A stretch of 64,000 nucleotides of DNA from Gammaproteobacteria bacterium. Lineage in GTDB: Bacteria > Pseudomonadota > Gammaproteobacteria > UBA4575. Location: positions 320,001 through 384,000 of the forward strand of contig CBDCTA010000029.1 in the NCBI GenBank assembly GCA_965221955.1, read 5' to 3'. A program made the position numbers and the translations under genes. How positions within the stretch are numbered: the stretch's first letter is position 1; each line of letters begins with the position of its first letter. This document shows positions 17,803 through 27,542 of this stretch, one piece after another. Below the pieces are notes generated by a model that was not told where the DNA came from, made no database searches, and worked only from the letters and a program-made list of their open reading frames with translations.

Positions 17803-19455
17803 ATGAAAGCGTCAGATCTTTTTGTTAAATGTTTAGAAGAAGAAAATATTGAATATATTTTTGGCGTACCAGGAGAAGAAAATGCCGATTTTATGATTTC
17901 ATTAGAAGATTCTAAAAAAATAAAATTTATTCTTACGCGACATGAGCAAGGCGCGGCTTTCATGGCAGAAATATACGGCCGTCTTACCGGTAACCCTGCA
18001 GGTTGTTTAGGCACATTAGGGCCGGGTGCAACAAATTTAATTACTGGTGTTGCGGATTCAAACATGGATCGAGCACCGATGCTGGTATTAACTGGACAAG
18101 GCTCAACACAACGTTTGCATAAGGAATCACACCAGATCATGGATGTGGTGAAAATGTTTGAACCAGTAACTAAGTGGGCAACTACTGTGTTACATCCGGA
18201 GACCATTCCTGAAATCGTACGTAAAGCAGTACGTGTTGCGCGCACTGAAAAACCTGGGGCTGTACATATAGAGCTGCCGGAAGACCTCGCTAAAGAAGAA
18301 ACTGCTAGCAAACCCATAAAGCCACAACGTTATATGCGTTCGGTGCCGGATGAAGAAGTCATTGATAATGCCTTTGAAGTCATTGCAAGCAGTAAACGTC
18401 CAATTATATTGGCAGGCAACGGTGTCGTTCGAAAAAATGCGAGTAAGCAACTACGTAAATTTTGTGAGCTCACAGATATCGGCGTCATGAGTACTTTTAT
18501 GGCAAAAGGATGTGTAGATAAAGATTCCGAACATTGTTTATTTACCATCGGTTTAGGAAGTCGTGATCGCATGTCATTTTTGATTGATGATGCAGATGTC
18601 GTCATTACATTGGGGTTTGATATGGTCGAATACCATCCCAGTTTATGGAACCCAAACTGTGATAAAAAAATCATCCATGCAGATTTCTTACCAGCAGAAA
18701 TAGATCAACATTATCATCCGCAAATCGAGTTAATTGGCGACCTTGAACATACACTTGAAGAATTGAATGTTCGCGCAAAGGCACGCGCGAAATTTTTGTA
18801 TGACACTTCTAAACAAAAACAAGTGCGTCAAGACATGCTGGAAGATCTTGCTGAGTATAAAGATGACGATACAAAAGGAAGTGTAAGACCGCAGAAAGCA
18901 CTTTGGGATGCACGCCAAGTATTAGGCCCGGATGATATTTTGTTATCCGATGTAGGTGCACATAAAATGTGGATTGCACGTTATTTTCATTGTCATGAGC
19001 CAAATACTTGTTTAATTCCAAATGGATTTTGTTCTATGGGTTTTGCATTACCTGGAGCGATAGCAGCCAATATGGTTTATCCAGACCGTCGTATTCTCGG
19101 GATTGCTGGAGATGCGGGTTTCTTGATGAATGTGCAGGAAATGGAAACGGCTAAGCGACTTAATAGTAATATCGTGATGATGGTGTGGGAAGACCATGAA
19201 TATGGCTTAATCGCATGGAAACAACAAAATGAGTTTGGTAAGCACACGGATCTTGCATTTGAAAACCCTGATTGGGAGTTGTTGGCTAAATCATTTGGTT
19301 GGAATGGTTATCTAGTAGAAAACAGTAAAGTTTTACAATCTACTTTAGAAACTGCTTTCAATGATGGCTCGCCGAGTTTAGTTGTAGTGCCCATTGATTA
19401 TCGAGAAAACATGCTGCTTACTAAACGCCTTGGTGAATTAACGCTGCATATGTAG
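17803..19455 (+). CDS. ThDP-dependent acetolactate synthase-like enzyme; candidate 2-oxoglutarate decarboxylase
   Basis: FGVPGEEN, RHEQGAAFMA, GPGATN, DVGAHKMWIAR, GDAGFLMN; no small regulatory subunit; paired with an ALDH. Confidence 0.85.
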   Translation: MKASDLFVKCLEEENIEYIFGVPGEENADFMISLEDSKKIKFILTRHEQGAAFMAEIYGRLTGNPAGCLGTLGPGATNLITGVADSNMDRAPMLVLTGQGSTQRLHKESHQIMDVVKMFEPVTKWATTVLHPETIPEIVRKAVRVARTEKPGAVHIELPEDLAKEETASKPIKPQRYMRSVPDEEVIDNAFEVIASSKRPIILAGNGVVRKNASKQLRKFCELTDIGVMSTFMAKGCVDKDSEHCLFTIGLGSRDRMSFLIDDADVVITLGFDMVEYHPSLWNPNCDKKIIHADFLPAEIDQHYHPQIELIGDLEHTLEELNVRAKARAKFLYDTSKQKQVRQDMLEDLAEYKDDDTKGSVRPQKALWDARQVLGPDDILLSDVGAHKMWIARYFHCHEPNTCLIPNGFCSMGFALPGAIAANMVYPDRRILGIAGDAGFLMNVQEMETAKRLNSNIVMMVWEDHEYGLIAWKQQNEFGKHTDLAFENPDWELLAKSFGWNGYLVENSKVLQSTLETAFNDGSPSLVVVPIDYRENMLLTKRLGELTLHM

Positions 19456-19469
19456 TAGCGAATTAAATC

Positions 19470-20912
19470 ATGAGTAATAAGAAATATTCATTGATGTTGC
19501 ACAATGCTTCTGATGCAGCGGGTGTGCTAGAAGTCCATGCGCCTTATGATCTTTCTATCATTGCTGAGGTAGAAACTGTCAACGCAGAGCACATTGAACA
19601 AGCGATGAGTGTAGCGTATTCGCTTTACCGCGATAAAAGTTGCTGGCTGCCTTTGCATAAACGCATCGAAATCCTTGAGAAAACAGCGCAAATCATGTCT
19701 CAAGATCAAGAGCGATTAGCAGTAGAGGCAGCAAGAGAGGGAGGCAAGCCATTGCTTGATTCCAAAGTTGAAGTTGCACGTGCAATTGATGGGATTCACT
19801 TATGCATTGAAACGTTAAAGACTGAGCAAGGTGATGTGATTCCTATGGGCATGTCGCCATCATCTGAAAAACGGATCGCATTTACACAAAAAGAGCCTAT
19901 AGGAGTAGTAGTTGCGGTAAGTGCTTTTAATCACCCGTTAAACTTAATCGTTCATCAAGTTGCCGCTGCAATTGCTGCAGGCTGTCCAGTAATTGTAAAA
20001 CCTGCTGAAGATACTCCACTCTCGTGTCTAAATTTTGTAGAAATTTTATGGAAGGCAGGTCTACCCACCGAGTGGTGCCAAGCGGTTGTACCAGAAGATA
20101 TAACTGTTGCGGAAAAGTTAGTTACCGATGAAAGAGTTGGTTTTTTTAGTTTTATAGGCAGCGCAAAAGTAGGTTGGATGTTGCGTTCAAAATTAGCGCC
20201 GGGTGTGCGTTGTGCGTTAGAGCATGGAGGTGCAGCGCCCGTTATCGTTGCTCAAGATGCTGACTTAAATATGATGATTCCAAAATTAGGTAAGGGTGGT
20301 TTTTATCATGCAGGTCAGGTTTGTGTTTCTGTACAGCGAATTTTTGCGCATAAAAATGCATTTAAATCTGTTGTAGAGCAACTTTCTTCTTATGCGCAAC
20401 AACAACGTATAGGTGATCCAACTTTGGCTGAAACAGAAGTAGGGCCTTTAATTCGTCCAGTAGAAGTTCAACGCATTGAGACTTGGGTGAACGAAGCGAA
20501 GTCTGAAGGAGCGGAATGTGTTGTGGGTGGCAATTCAATGAACGATACTTGTTATGAATGCACGGTTTTAGCTAAACCAGCATACGAAAGTAAAGTGAGT
20601 TCAGCAGAAATATTTGGTCCAGTTATTTGTGTGTATGAGTTTGATGAGCTTGATCAAGCGTTAATACAAGCAAACTCATTGCCTTTTTCATTTCAAGCCG
20701 CAGTATTTACTAGCAATATTGACACGGCTATGCGTGTATACAAACGTATTGATGCATCTGCAGTCATGTTAAATGACCATACGGCTTTTCGTGTAGACGG
20801 AATGCCGTTTGCAGGATTAAAACAATCAGGACTTGGTGTAGGTGGTATCCCTTATACCATTGAAGATATGCAAGTGAATAAAATGCTTGTGATGAACTCA
20901 CCTGAGCTCTAA
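19470..20912 (+). CDS. NAD(P)-dependent aldehyde dehydrogenase
   Basis: FNHPLNL, FIGS, LEHGG, GQVCVS, EIFGPV motifs. Confidence 0.93.
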   Translation: MSNKKYSLMLHNASDAAGVLEVHAPYDLSIIAEVETVNAEHIEQAMSVAYSLYRDKSCWLPLHKRIEILEKTAQIMSQDQERLAVEAAREGGKPLLDSKVEVARAIDGIHLCIETLKTEQGDVIPMGMSPSSEKRIAFTQKEPIGVVVAVSAFNHPLNLIVHQVAAAIAAGCPVIVKPAEDTPLSCLNFVEILWKAGLPTEWCQAVVPEDITVAEKLVTDERVGFFSFIGSAKVGWMLRSKLAPGVRCALEHGGAAPVIVAQDADLNMMIPKLGKGGFYHAGQVCVSVQRIFAHKNAFKSVVEQLSSYAQQQRIGDPTLAETEVGPLIRPVEVQRIETWVNEAKSEGAECVVGGNSMNDTCYECTVLAKPAYESKVSSAEIFGPVICVYEFDELDQALIQANSLPFSFQAAVFTSNIDTAMRVYKRIDASAVMLNDHTAFRVDGMPFAGLKQSGLGVGGIPYTIEDMQVNKMLVMNSPEL

Positions 20913-20931
20913 CTGGAGTCGCTAGTGGGAT

Positions 20932-20963
20932 AAAAAAACGGCGAACATATGTTCGCCGTTTTT
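20932..20963. terminator. Bidirectional Rho-independent terminator
   Basis: AAAAAAACGGCGAAC-ATAT-GTTCGCCGTTTTT between convergent genes. Confidence 0.9.
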
Positions 20964-20988
20964 CTTTATTTACGAGTAAAGGTGTAAA

Positions 20989-21507
20989 TTACTTCTCGCC
21001 GCATTTTCCTTCGCCGCACTTGCCTTCACCACAAGAGCCTTCTGCTTTGTTTTTGCTTTCACCGCATTTACCTTCGCCACATTTTCCTTCTTTGTGCTTC
21101 TTCATTTCATCTTTACTTAAAACACCGTCGTTATTGGCGTCTTTTTTATCAAAGCGTTGTTCTTTATGCTTCATGAACTCGTCTTTGCTGATCGATCCGT
21201 CGCCATCTGCATCCATCTTGCTCATATCACATTTACTTTTACCTTCGCCGCATTTTCCTTCACCGCACTTACCTTCGGCTTTCTTTTCGCCTTCACCGCA
21301 TTTACCTTCACCACATTTTCCTTCACCGCACTTGCCTTCACCACAAGAGCCTTCGGCATGGTTATCTGCAACCATGTAGCCAGATGATAAGGTTTTGATT
21401 TCAAAAGGATTCTCTTCAGCATTTGCAGCTGTCATAGTGAATGCGCTGGCAGCGAGTGCCGCACCGACTGCAGCAGCTAAAGGTTTAAGTTCATTTTTTT
21501 TCGACAT
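20989..21507 (-). CDS. EGKCG-repeat MNIO RiPP precursor (HvfA/oxazolin/bufferin-2-like) with two EF-hands
   Basis: Sec signal ending ANA, then ENPF..LSSGYM, 11 EG[K/S]CG repeats, EF-hand loops DADGDGSISKDE and DANNDGVLSKDE; AGGAG RBS supports ATG at 21507. Confidence 0.9.
   Translation of the reverse strand: MSKKNELKPLAAAVGAALAASAFTMTAANAEENPFEIKTLSSGYMVADNHAEGSCGEGKCGEGKCGEGKCGEGEKKAEGKCGEGKCGEGKSKCDMSKMDADGDGSISKDEFMKHKEQRFDKKDANNDGVLSKDEMKKHKEGKCGEGKCGESKNKAEGSCGEGKCGEGKCGEK
20998..21354 (-). repeat. Coding 15-bp degenerate tandem repeats (EG[K/S]CG) in two blocks flanking the EF-hands
   Basis: Repeated GAAGGY(AAR/TCT)TGYGGY units: 6 before and 5 after the EF-hand pair. Confidence 0.9.
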
Positions 21508-21571
21508 ATACAATCTCCTATATGAGTTTTGTTGATATTGTTTAGAAACTAGAGTGGTTCTATTCCTTAAG

Positions 21572-21598
21572 GACCAGTTCTTATACTTATTTATTACA
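21572..21598 (-). promoter_or_regulatory. Putative ECF-sigma promoter (TGTAA-N18-GGTC) of precursor gene
   Basis: Minus strand TGTAAtaaataagtataagaactGGTC. Confidence 0.55.
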
Positions 21599-21713
21599 CT
21601 GATACAAAAACATTAAGTAGTGATTGAGTGTTTGGGTGTTTGAACGCTTAGAGGCAATATGGTTCAGAGGTATCCGTAATTCTTAAATTAAATTAATTTA
21701 ATTATTTTGTTAC

Positions 21714-22346
21714 TTATACTATCTTATGTTTGTACTCACAGAGGTCAATTATCGAGCACTCACCACATTTTGGATTTCGTGCTAAGCAGGTATATCGACC
21801 ATGTAGAATCAACCAATGGTGAGCATGTAATTTATATTCATCAGGTACAAATTTTTCTAACGCGAGCTCTACCTTGAGTACGTCTTTACCTGGTGCAATA
21901 CCGGTGCGGTTAGAGACTCGAAAAATATGTGTATCGACAGCTATCGTCGGTTGCCCAAAGGCATTATTAAGTATCACATTCGCAGTTTTTCGACCGACTC
22001 CAGGTAACTTTTGCAGTGTTTTGCGATCACGTGGTATGCGGCATTTATGTTCATCGATCAAAATCTTACATGTTTTGATGATGTTTTTAGCTTTGCTGTT
22101 ATAAAGCCCTATTGATTTAATATATTTTTTAAGTCCTGTTTCACCTAGGTCTAGTATTTTTTGCGGCGTATTCGCAACTTTATATAATTCTTTTGTGGCT
22201 TTGTTAACGCTGACATCGGTTGCTTGAGCAGAAAGTATTACTGCAATTAATAATTCAAAGTTGGATTTATGCACCAATTCAGTTCGAGGCGCAGGGTTTG
22301 CTTTTTTTAAGCGTCGAAAAATTTCGCTACGTTTTTCTTTGTTCAT
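21714..22346 (-). CDS. nth: Endonuclease III
   Basis: LLIAVILSAQATD, LPGVGRKTAN HhH, C-terminal CX6CX2CX5C. Confidence 0.97.
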   Translation of the reverse strand: MNKEKRSEIFRRLKKANPAPRTELVHKSNFELLIAVILSAQATDVSVNKATKELYKVANTPQKILDLGETGLKKYIKSIGLYNSKAKNIIKTCKILIDEHKCRIPRDRKTLQKLPGVGRKTANVILNNAFGQPTIAVDTHIFRVSNRTGIAPGKDVLKVELALEKFVPDEYKLHAHHWLILHGRYTCLARNPKCGECSIIDLCEYKHKIV

Positions 22347-22354
22347 AACTAAGC

Positions 22355-22747
22355 TTAACGACTAAGTAATTCATTTTTTTTACGTTCAAATGCGTGCTGT
22401 TTTGCAATTTTTTCAGCATTGAGTCGTTGTTTGCGGCACTTTTTATTATTGCGCGAAAAAACTGCAAAGGTTTTTTTTAACTCAGTTATTTGATCAGCAG
22501 TTGAATTTTTACATACTAGTTGGAATTCGGTATTCACATTCAAGTCTATGCAATCTACCGGGCAGGGAGGTAAGCATAGTTTACAGCCTGTACAATATTG
22601 ACTGATGACAGTATGTAAATGTTTTGATGCACCGATTATGGCATCAAAAGGGCAAGCATTTATGCAAAGTGTACACCCTATGCATTCTTCTTCTCTTATG
22701 TAGGCGATATATTTGCCCGTTGGAATAATTTCGGTATTCGTTGCCAC
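22355..22747 (-). CDS. RnfB/RsxB-like 2[4Fe-4S] ferredoxin (short form)
   Basis: [16 protein letters not shown] and [16 protein letters not shown]; lies between metG and nth. Confidence 0.85.
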   Translation of the reverse strand: MATNTEIIPTGKYIAYIREEECIGCTLCINACPFDAIIGASKHLHTVISQYCTGCKLCLPPCPVDCIDLNVNTEFQLVCKNSTADQITELKKTFAVFSRNNKKCRKQRLNAEKIAKQHAFERKKNELLSR

Positions 22748-22750
22748 TTG

Positions 22751-24769
22751 TTACTTAACACGCATTCCAGGTTTAGCACCTGTGTCGGGCTGTAATAAGA
22801 ATATGTCCTTCTCACCTGGTCCGGCTGCCAGTACCATGCCTTCTGACATACCAAAACGCATTTTACGTGGTGCAAGGTTAGCAACGACTATTGTGAGCCG
22901 TCCTTCTATATCTTCGGGAGCATAGGCAGATTTAATACCGGTGAACACATTTTTTTGCACTCCACCAGTGGGTTCGCCCAAATCTAAAGTGAGTTGTAAT
23001 AGTTTGTCAGCGCCTTCTACATGCTCGGCTTTGAGGATTTTGGCCACTCTAAAGTCAAGCTTTGCAAAATCATCAAAGGTGATTTCCTCACTGATTGGAT
23101 CGCTAGCAACGGGTGTGGCATCTTGTTTTGAATCTTCAATCATTTTATCTATTGACTCTTTTTCAATTCGAGTTATCAAAGGTTTAAATTTATTAATCTC
23201 GTGTCCTTCGGGAAGAGGGTTTCCGTTGTAGAGTTTTTCCCAAGTAAATTCTGTGTTTAGAAATGTTTCTGATTTGGAGGCGAGTTCGGGTAATACAGGT
23301 TTTAAGTAGCCAATCAATAAACAAAACATGTTTAAGCCAAAGCTGCAGACTTGGTGTACTTCGGTTCGATTCTCATCTGCTTTAATTTTCTCCCACGGTT
23401 TATGAGCATCGATAATCTGATTGGCAATGTCTGCAACAGACATAATTACACGCATTGCTTCTGAATATTTACGCGACTCATAGTACATTTTGATTTGATT
23501 GTTTTTTTCTACAGCAAGATCAAAAGCGTGAGCGCATTCTTCATTAAAACTTGCAGTGAGTTTGGCGTCATATTTTTTAGTGATAAAGCCCGCACAGCGG
23601 CTGGCGATATTGACGAGTTTACCCACAACGTCGCTGTTTACACGTTGTTGAAAGTCTTCTAAATTTAAATCGATATCATTAACACCAGGTCCTAGCTTTG
23701 CAGCAAAGTAATAGCGCAAGTACTCTGGATTTAAATGCTCTAAATAAGTGCGGGCTTTGATAAAGGTACCGCGAGACTTCGACATTTTCTTTCCATCTAC
23801 AGTAAGAAAACCATGACAATAAACGGCCGTTGGAATTCGGTATTTTGCGCCATGTAACATCGCGGGCCAAAACAACATATGAAAGTAAGCGATGTCTTTA
23901 CCAATGAAGTGATACACTTCAGCATCGCTGTCTGGATTCCAATAGTGATTAAAATCCTTGCCAGTGCGATCACAGTATTGCTGTAGGCTGGCCATGTAAC
24001 CAATGGGCGCATCTAACCAGACATAAAAGTATTTGCCTGGTGCATCAGGAATTTCAAATCCAAAGTAAGGTGCATCGCGAGAGATGTCCCAATCTTGTAG
24101 GCCAGAATCAAACCATTCTTTTAGTTTGTTGGTAATTTCTGGTTGCAAGTTTTCTTGATTGATCCATTCTCCAAGCATGTCTTTAAAATCATTTAGTTTG
24201 AAAAAATAATGTAGATTTTCTTTTTGTATAGGAGTTGCGCCACTTACGGAAGAATATGGATTAATTAAATCTGCTGGAGTGTAGGTGGCACCACAGACCT
24301 CACAATTATCACCATACTGGTCTTTAGCATTGCACTTTGGGCATTCGCCTTTAACAAAGCGGTCAGGTAGAAAAACATTTTCTTTTGGGTCAAATAGATC
24401 CGTTACGGTTTTGGTAATGATGTGACCGTTTTCATTTAAACGCTGATAAATTGTTGAAGCGTGTTTTTTGTTTTCTTCAGAATGAGTGGAGTGATAGTTG
24501 TCAAATTCGATCAAAAAATCTGCGAAGTCTTTTTCATGTTCTAATTTTACTTTTGCGATGAGCTCTTCTGGTGTAATACCTTCTTGTTGTGCACGGAGCA
24601 TAATGGGTGTGCCATGCGCATCATCTGCGCAGATATAAATGCAATCATTTCCAGACATTTTTTGAAAACGTGACCAAATATCGGTTTGGATGTATTCGAC
24701 TAAATGGCCGATATGTATAGGGCCATTCGCATAGGGCAATGCGCTAGTGACGAGGATTGTTTTGTTCAA
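22751..24769 (-). CDS. metG: Methionine--tRNA ligase
   Basis: ALPYANG-HIGH, KMSKS, zinc knuckle, C-terminal tRNA-binding domain. Confidence 0.98.
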   Translation of the reverse strand: MNKTILVTSALPYANGPIHIGHLVEYIQTDIWSRFQKMSGNDCIYICADDAHGTPIMLRAQQEGITPEELIAKVKLEHEKDFADFLIEFDNYHSTHSEENKKHASTIYQRLNENGHIITKTVTDLFDPKENVFLPDRFVKGECPKCNAKDQYGDNCEVCGATYTPADLINPYSSVSGATPIQKENLHYFFKLNDFKDMLGEWINQENLQPEITNKLKEWFDSGLQDWDISRDAPYFGFEIPDAPGKYFYVWLDAPIGYMASLQQYCDRTGKDFNHYWNPDSDAEVYHFIGKDIAYFHMLFWPAMLHGAKYRIPTAVYCHGFLTVDGKKMSKSRGTFIKARTYLEHLNPEYLRYYFAAKLGPGVNDIDLNLEDFQQRVNSDVVGKLVNIASRCAGFITKKYDAKLTASFNEECAHAFDLAVEKNNQIKMYYESRKYSEAMRVIMSVADIANQIIDAHKPWEKIKADENRTEVHQVCSFGLNMFCLLIGYLKPVLPELASKSETFLNTEFTWEKLYNGNPLPEGHEINKFKPLITRIEKESIDKMIEDSKQDATPVASDPISEEITFDDFAKLDFRVAKILKAEHVEGADKLLQLTLDLGEPTGGVQKNVFTGIKSAYAPEDIEGRLTIVVANLAPRKMRFGMSEGMVLAAGPGEKDIFLLQPDTGAKPGMRVK

Positions 24770-24990
24770 AATAATTCTTATTCGTTTATGTAAATTGCTT
24801 GTTTCTTAGCTTGCAATTTCTAAGGCGCTGGCTACCTTAACAGCTCCTCAATAAAACCGCTATTTTGCTTACGATTCCTTAGTAGTTAGCTACTCAAATA
24901 GGGATCTTTGCTGCTTATCCTGGCGTGATATAGTACAGATAATTCATAAGGGTTCCCCATATACCCCATAAATTCAGGAGAATTATAAGC

Positions 24991-26079
24991 ATGGCCGAGC
25001 TTACCAAAGAGCAAGTAGAAGCTGTACTCAAAGAGATTCAAGACCCCAATATCGACAAAAATCTTATGGCTGCAAATGTGGTTAAAAATATTGATGTTGA
25101 TTCTGGCAATGTGCATGTTGAAGTTAAATTAGGTTATCCGGCAAAGAGTATTGTTGCCGACCTTGCTGAAGAGATTGAGGGTGAGTTAACTCAGGCCGGT
25201 GCGGAAACTGTGAAAGCAGATGTAAGTTGGGAAATTGAAGCGCACTCAGTACAAAAAAGTCTCAAGCCACTCGAGAACATAAAAAATGTTATTGCGGTTG
25301 CATCAGGTAAGGGTGGCGTGGGTAAATCCACCACGGCAATTAATTTAGCTTTAGCACTGTCTATGGAAGGGGCTACAGTTGGAATATTGGATGCGGATAT
25401 CTATGGGCCAAGCCAGCCCCGCATGCTTGGCATAAGTGGGCAGCCAAAATCTACAGATGGAAAAAGTTTAGAACCCATGGAAGCGCATGGTTTACAAGCC
25501 ATGTCGATTGGGTTCTTGATTGACGAAGAGACACCTATGATTTGGCGTGGACCGATGGTCACTCAAGCGTTAGAACAGCTTTTAAACGATACACAATGGC
25601 GTGGACTTGATTACTTAATTGTGGATTTGCCACCTGGCACAGGTGATGTGCAATTAACCTTAGCGCAAAAAATTCCTGTCAGTGGTGCGATTATTGTCAC
25701 TACACCTCAAGACATTGCATTGCTGGATGCACGTAAGGGTTTAAAGATGTTTGAAAAAGTAGAAGTACCCGTACTTGGTGTGGTTGAAAATATGAGCATT
25801 CATATTTGTAGTAAGTGCGGACATGAAGAACATATATTTGGAGAAGGTGGCGGTAAAGCCATGGCAGATGAATCAGGTGTTGAAATGCTAGGTGCCCTAC
25901 CATTGGATATTCGTATACGTGAACAAGTGGACGGTGGTAACCCTAGTGTAGTGGCTATGCCAGAAACCCGTATTGCAGAAATTTATCAAGAAATTGCGCG
26001 AAAAGCGGCAGCAAAACTTGCAGTGAAAAGTAAAGATTACAGCGCTAAATTTCCTAAAATTGTTATTCAGAACACCTAG
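24991..26079 (+). CDS. apbC: Fe-S cluster carrier ApbC/Mrp
   Basis: VASGKGGVGKST, DADIYGPS, DLPPGTGD, CSKC. Confidence 0.96.
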   Translation: MAELTKEQVEAVLKEIQDPNIDKNLMAANVVKNIDVDSGNVHVEVKLGYPAKSIVADLAEEIEGELTQAGAETVKADVSWEIEAHSVQKSLKPLENIKNVIAVASGKGGVGKSTTAINLALALSMEGATVGILDADIYGPSQPRMLGISGQPKSTDGKSLEPMEAHGLQAMSIGFLIDEETPMIWRGPMVTQALEQLLNDTQWRGLDYLIVDLPPGTGDVQLTLAQKIPVSGAIIVTTPQDIALLDARKGLKMFEKVEVPVLGVVENMSIHICSKCGHEEHIFGEGGGKAMADESGVEMLGALPLDIRIREQVDGGNPSVVAMPETRIAEIYQEIARKAAAKLAVKSKDYSAKFPKIVIQNT

Positions 26080-26102
26080 AATTTTTACAGCCGTACTTTG
26101 TA

Positions 26103-26576
26103 GTGAGCATGCGTTTTTTCTTAATCCTTATTACCTCTTTACTGCTGTTTGCATTCCAAGGTTGCGGGACTTTAGACAAACGTTTAAATCCAATTCAGCC
26201 CAAAGTATTCATTGATGCCATTGAAATAGAGGATGCAAATCTGTCAGGGCTAACTGCCTTGCTTACTTTAAACGTTGAAAACCCAAATGATTTTGCACTA
26301 AAAGCAAAAGGTTTAGACTACACTATGAGTTTGGCGGGTACGAATATTCTAAGCGGTGAAAGTCAGAGTAACCTGTCTGTTCCAGCATTAGGCAGTGGTA
26401 AAATTGAAGTGCCGGTGCGAATTTCATATGCATCTATATTAGAAACGATTCCTAAAGTGCTGGAAACAGGTGTGGCTTCGTATAATTTTTCCGGTAGCAT
26501 TCACACTCGTTTATTTAATATTCCATTTGATAAGACCGATGAATTGAAGTTGCCTTATATCGGTAGCGCGAACTAG
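26103..26576 (+). CDS. LEA type 2/WHy domain lipoprotein
   Basis: Lipobox FQGC; LNVENPN motif. Confidence 0.8.
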   Translation: MSMRFFLILITSLLLFAFQGCGTLDKRLNPIQPKVFIDAIEIEDANLSGLTALLTLNVENPNDFALKAKGLDYTMSLAGTNILSGESQSNLSVPALGSGKIEVPVRISYASILETIPKVLETGVASYNFSGSIHTRLFNIPFDKTDELKLPYIGSAN

Positions 26577-26596
26577 AATTTATTATTAAGTTATTT

Positions 26597-27163
26597 ATGG
26601 CGATTAAATCAGATCGTTGGATTCGTAAAATGGCGGAACAACACGGCATGATCGAACCCTTTGAGAGCGGACAAGTTCGTGAGAACGGCCATGGTCGTAT
26701 GATTTCCTATGGTACATCAAGTTATGGTTACGATGTACGTTGCGCGGATCATTTTAAAATTTTTACCAACATTAATTCCGCAGTTGTTGATCCTAAAGCT
26801 TTTGATGAAAATAGTTTTGTTGATGTGAGGGGTAATGAATGTGTTATTCCACCGAATTCGTTTGCACTTGCAAGCACGGTTGAATACTTTCGTATTCCAC
26901 GTTCTGTGCTTACGGTATGCCTAGGTAAATCGACTTATGCGCGTTGCGGCATCATAGTGAATGTCACACCTCTTGAACCCGAATGGGAAGGGCATGTCAC
27001 GCTAGAATTTTCCAATACAACACCGTTACCAGCTAAAATTTATGCTAACGAAGGTGTTGCGCAAATGTTGTTCTTTGAGTCCGATGAGGTTTGTGAAACT
27101 TCATACAAAGATCGTGGTGGTAAATACCAAGGGCAAAAGGGTGTAACGCTTCCTAAAGCATAA
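26597..27163 (+). CDS. dcd: dCTP deaminase
   Basis: [30 protein letters not shown]. Confidence 0.97.
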   Translation: MAIKSDRWIRKMAEQHGMIEPFESGQVRENGHGRMISYGTSSYGYDVRCADHFKIFTNINSAVVDPKAFDENSFVDVRGNECVIPPNSFALASTVEYFRIPRSVLTVCLGKSTYARCGIIVNVTPLEPEWEGHVTLEFSNTTPLPAKIYANEGVAQMLFFESDEVCETSYKDRGGKYQGQKGVTLPKA

Positions 27164-27286
27164 GTTTTGTCATCATTTCTGCTTAAAAACAGTATTAAAT
27201 GATTAATTAAGCTAATTATTCTACTTTTGAATTAACTTTCACATGTGTTAACAACACAAGCGCTCAGGTTGTAGCATGATATTTGA

Positions 27287-27418
27287 GTGGATAAATTATC
27301 AGATGGTATCAAGACAGACCAACAGCGCATCAGAGAGGATGATGTAAATATTGTTGGTGTGATTGTTTCCATTATTATTCTTCTCATCTTGTTTGCTACA
27401 TATTACTTTTTTGGCTAA
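27287..27418 (+). CDS. Candidate 43-aa single-pass membrane microprotein (not in ORF track)
   Basis: GTG..TAA: MDKLSDGIKTDQQRIREDDVNIVGVIVSIIILLILFATYYFFG; weak RBS. Confidence 0.45.
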   Translation: MDKLSDGIKTDQQRIREDDVNIVGVIVSIIILLILFATYYFFG

Positions 27419-27542
27419 ATTTTTAGAATTGCAGTGAAAACTCCATTATTTTAAGTATATATAAATTTAAATTGAATAGTCTTGGGTTGGTTTCTAAAGT
27501 TTCTGTTTTGAGAGATCTATGGTTTAGAGAAATCTACGAGGG

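Noticed and set aside
17760-18317. 185-aa antisense ORF within the ALS-like gene
   Set aside because: Antisense shadow of a conserved gene with no recognisable motifs. The same applies to the other short nested ORFs in the track.
20998-21354. 15-bp periodic repeats as a CRISPR array or VNTR
   Set aside because: They are in-frame codons of EGKCG repeats with synonymous variation; no unique spacers and no cas genes.
21020-21422. Overlapping ORFs 21020-21379, 21157-21387 and 21222-21422
   Set aside because: Shadow frames of the repetitive precursor gene.
24886-25116. 76-aa minus-strand ORF upstream of metG
   Set aside because: Overlaps the apbC start and RBS in antisense; no motif support.
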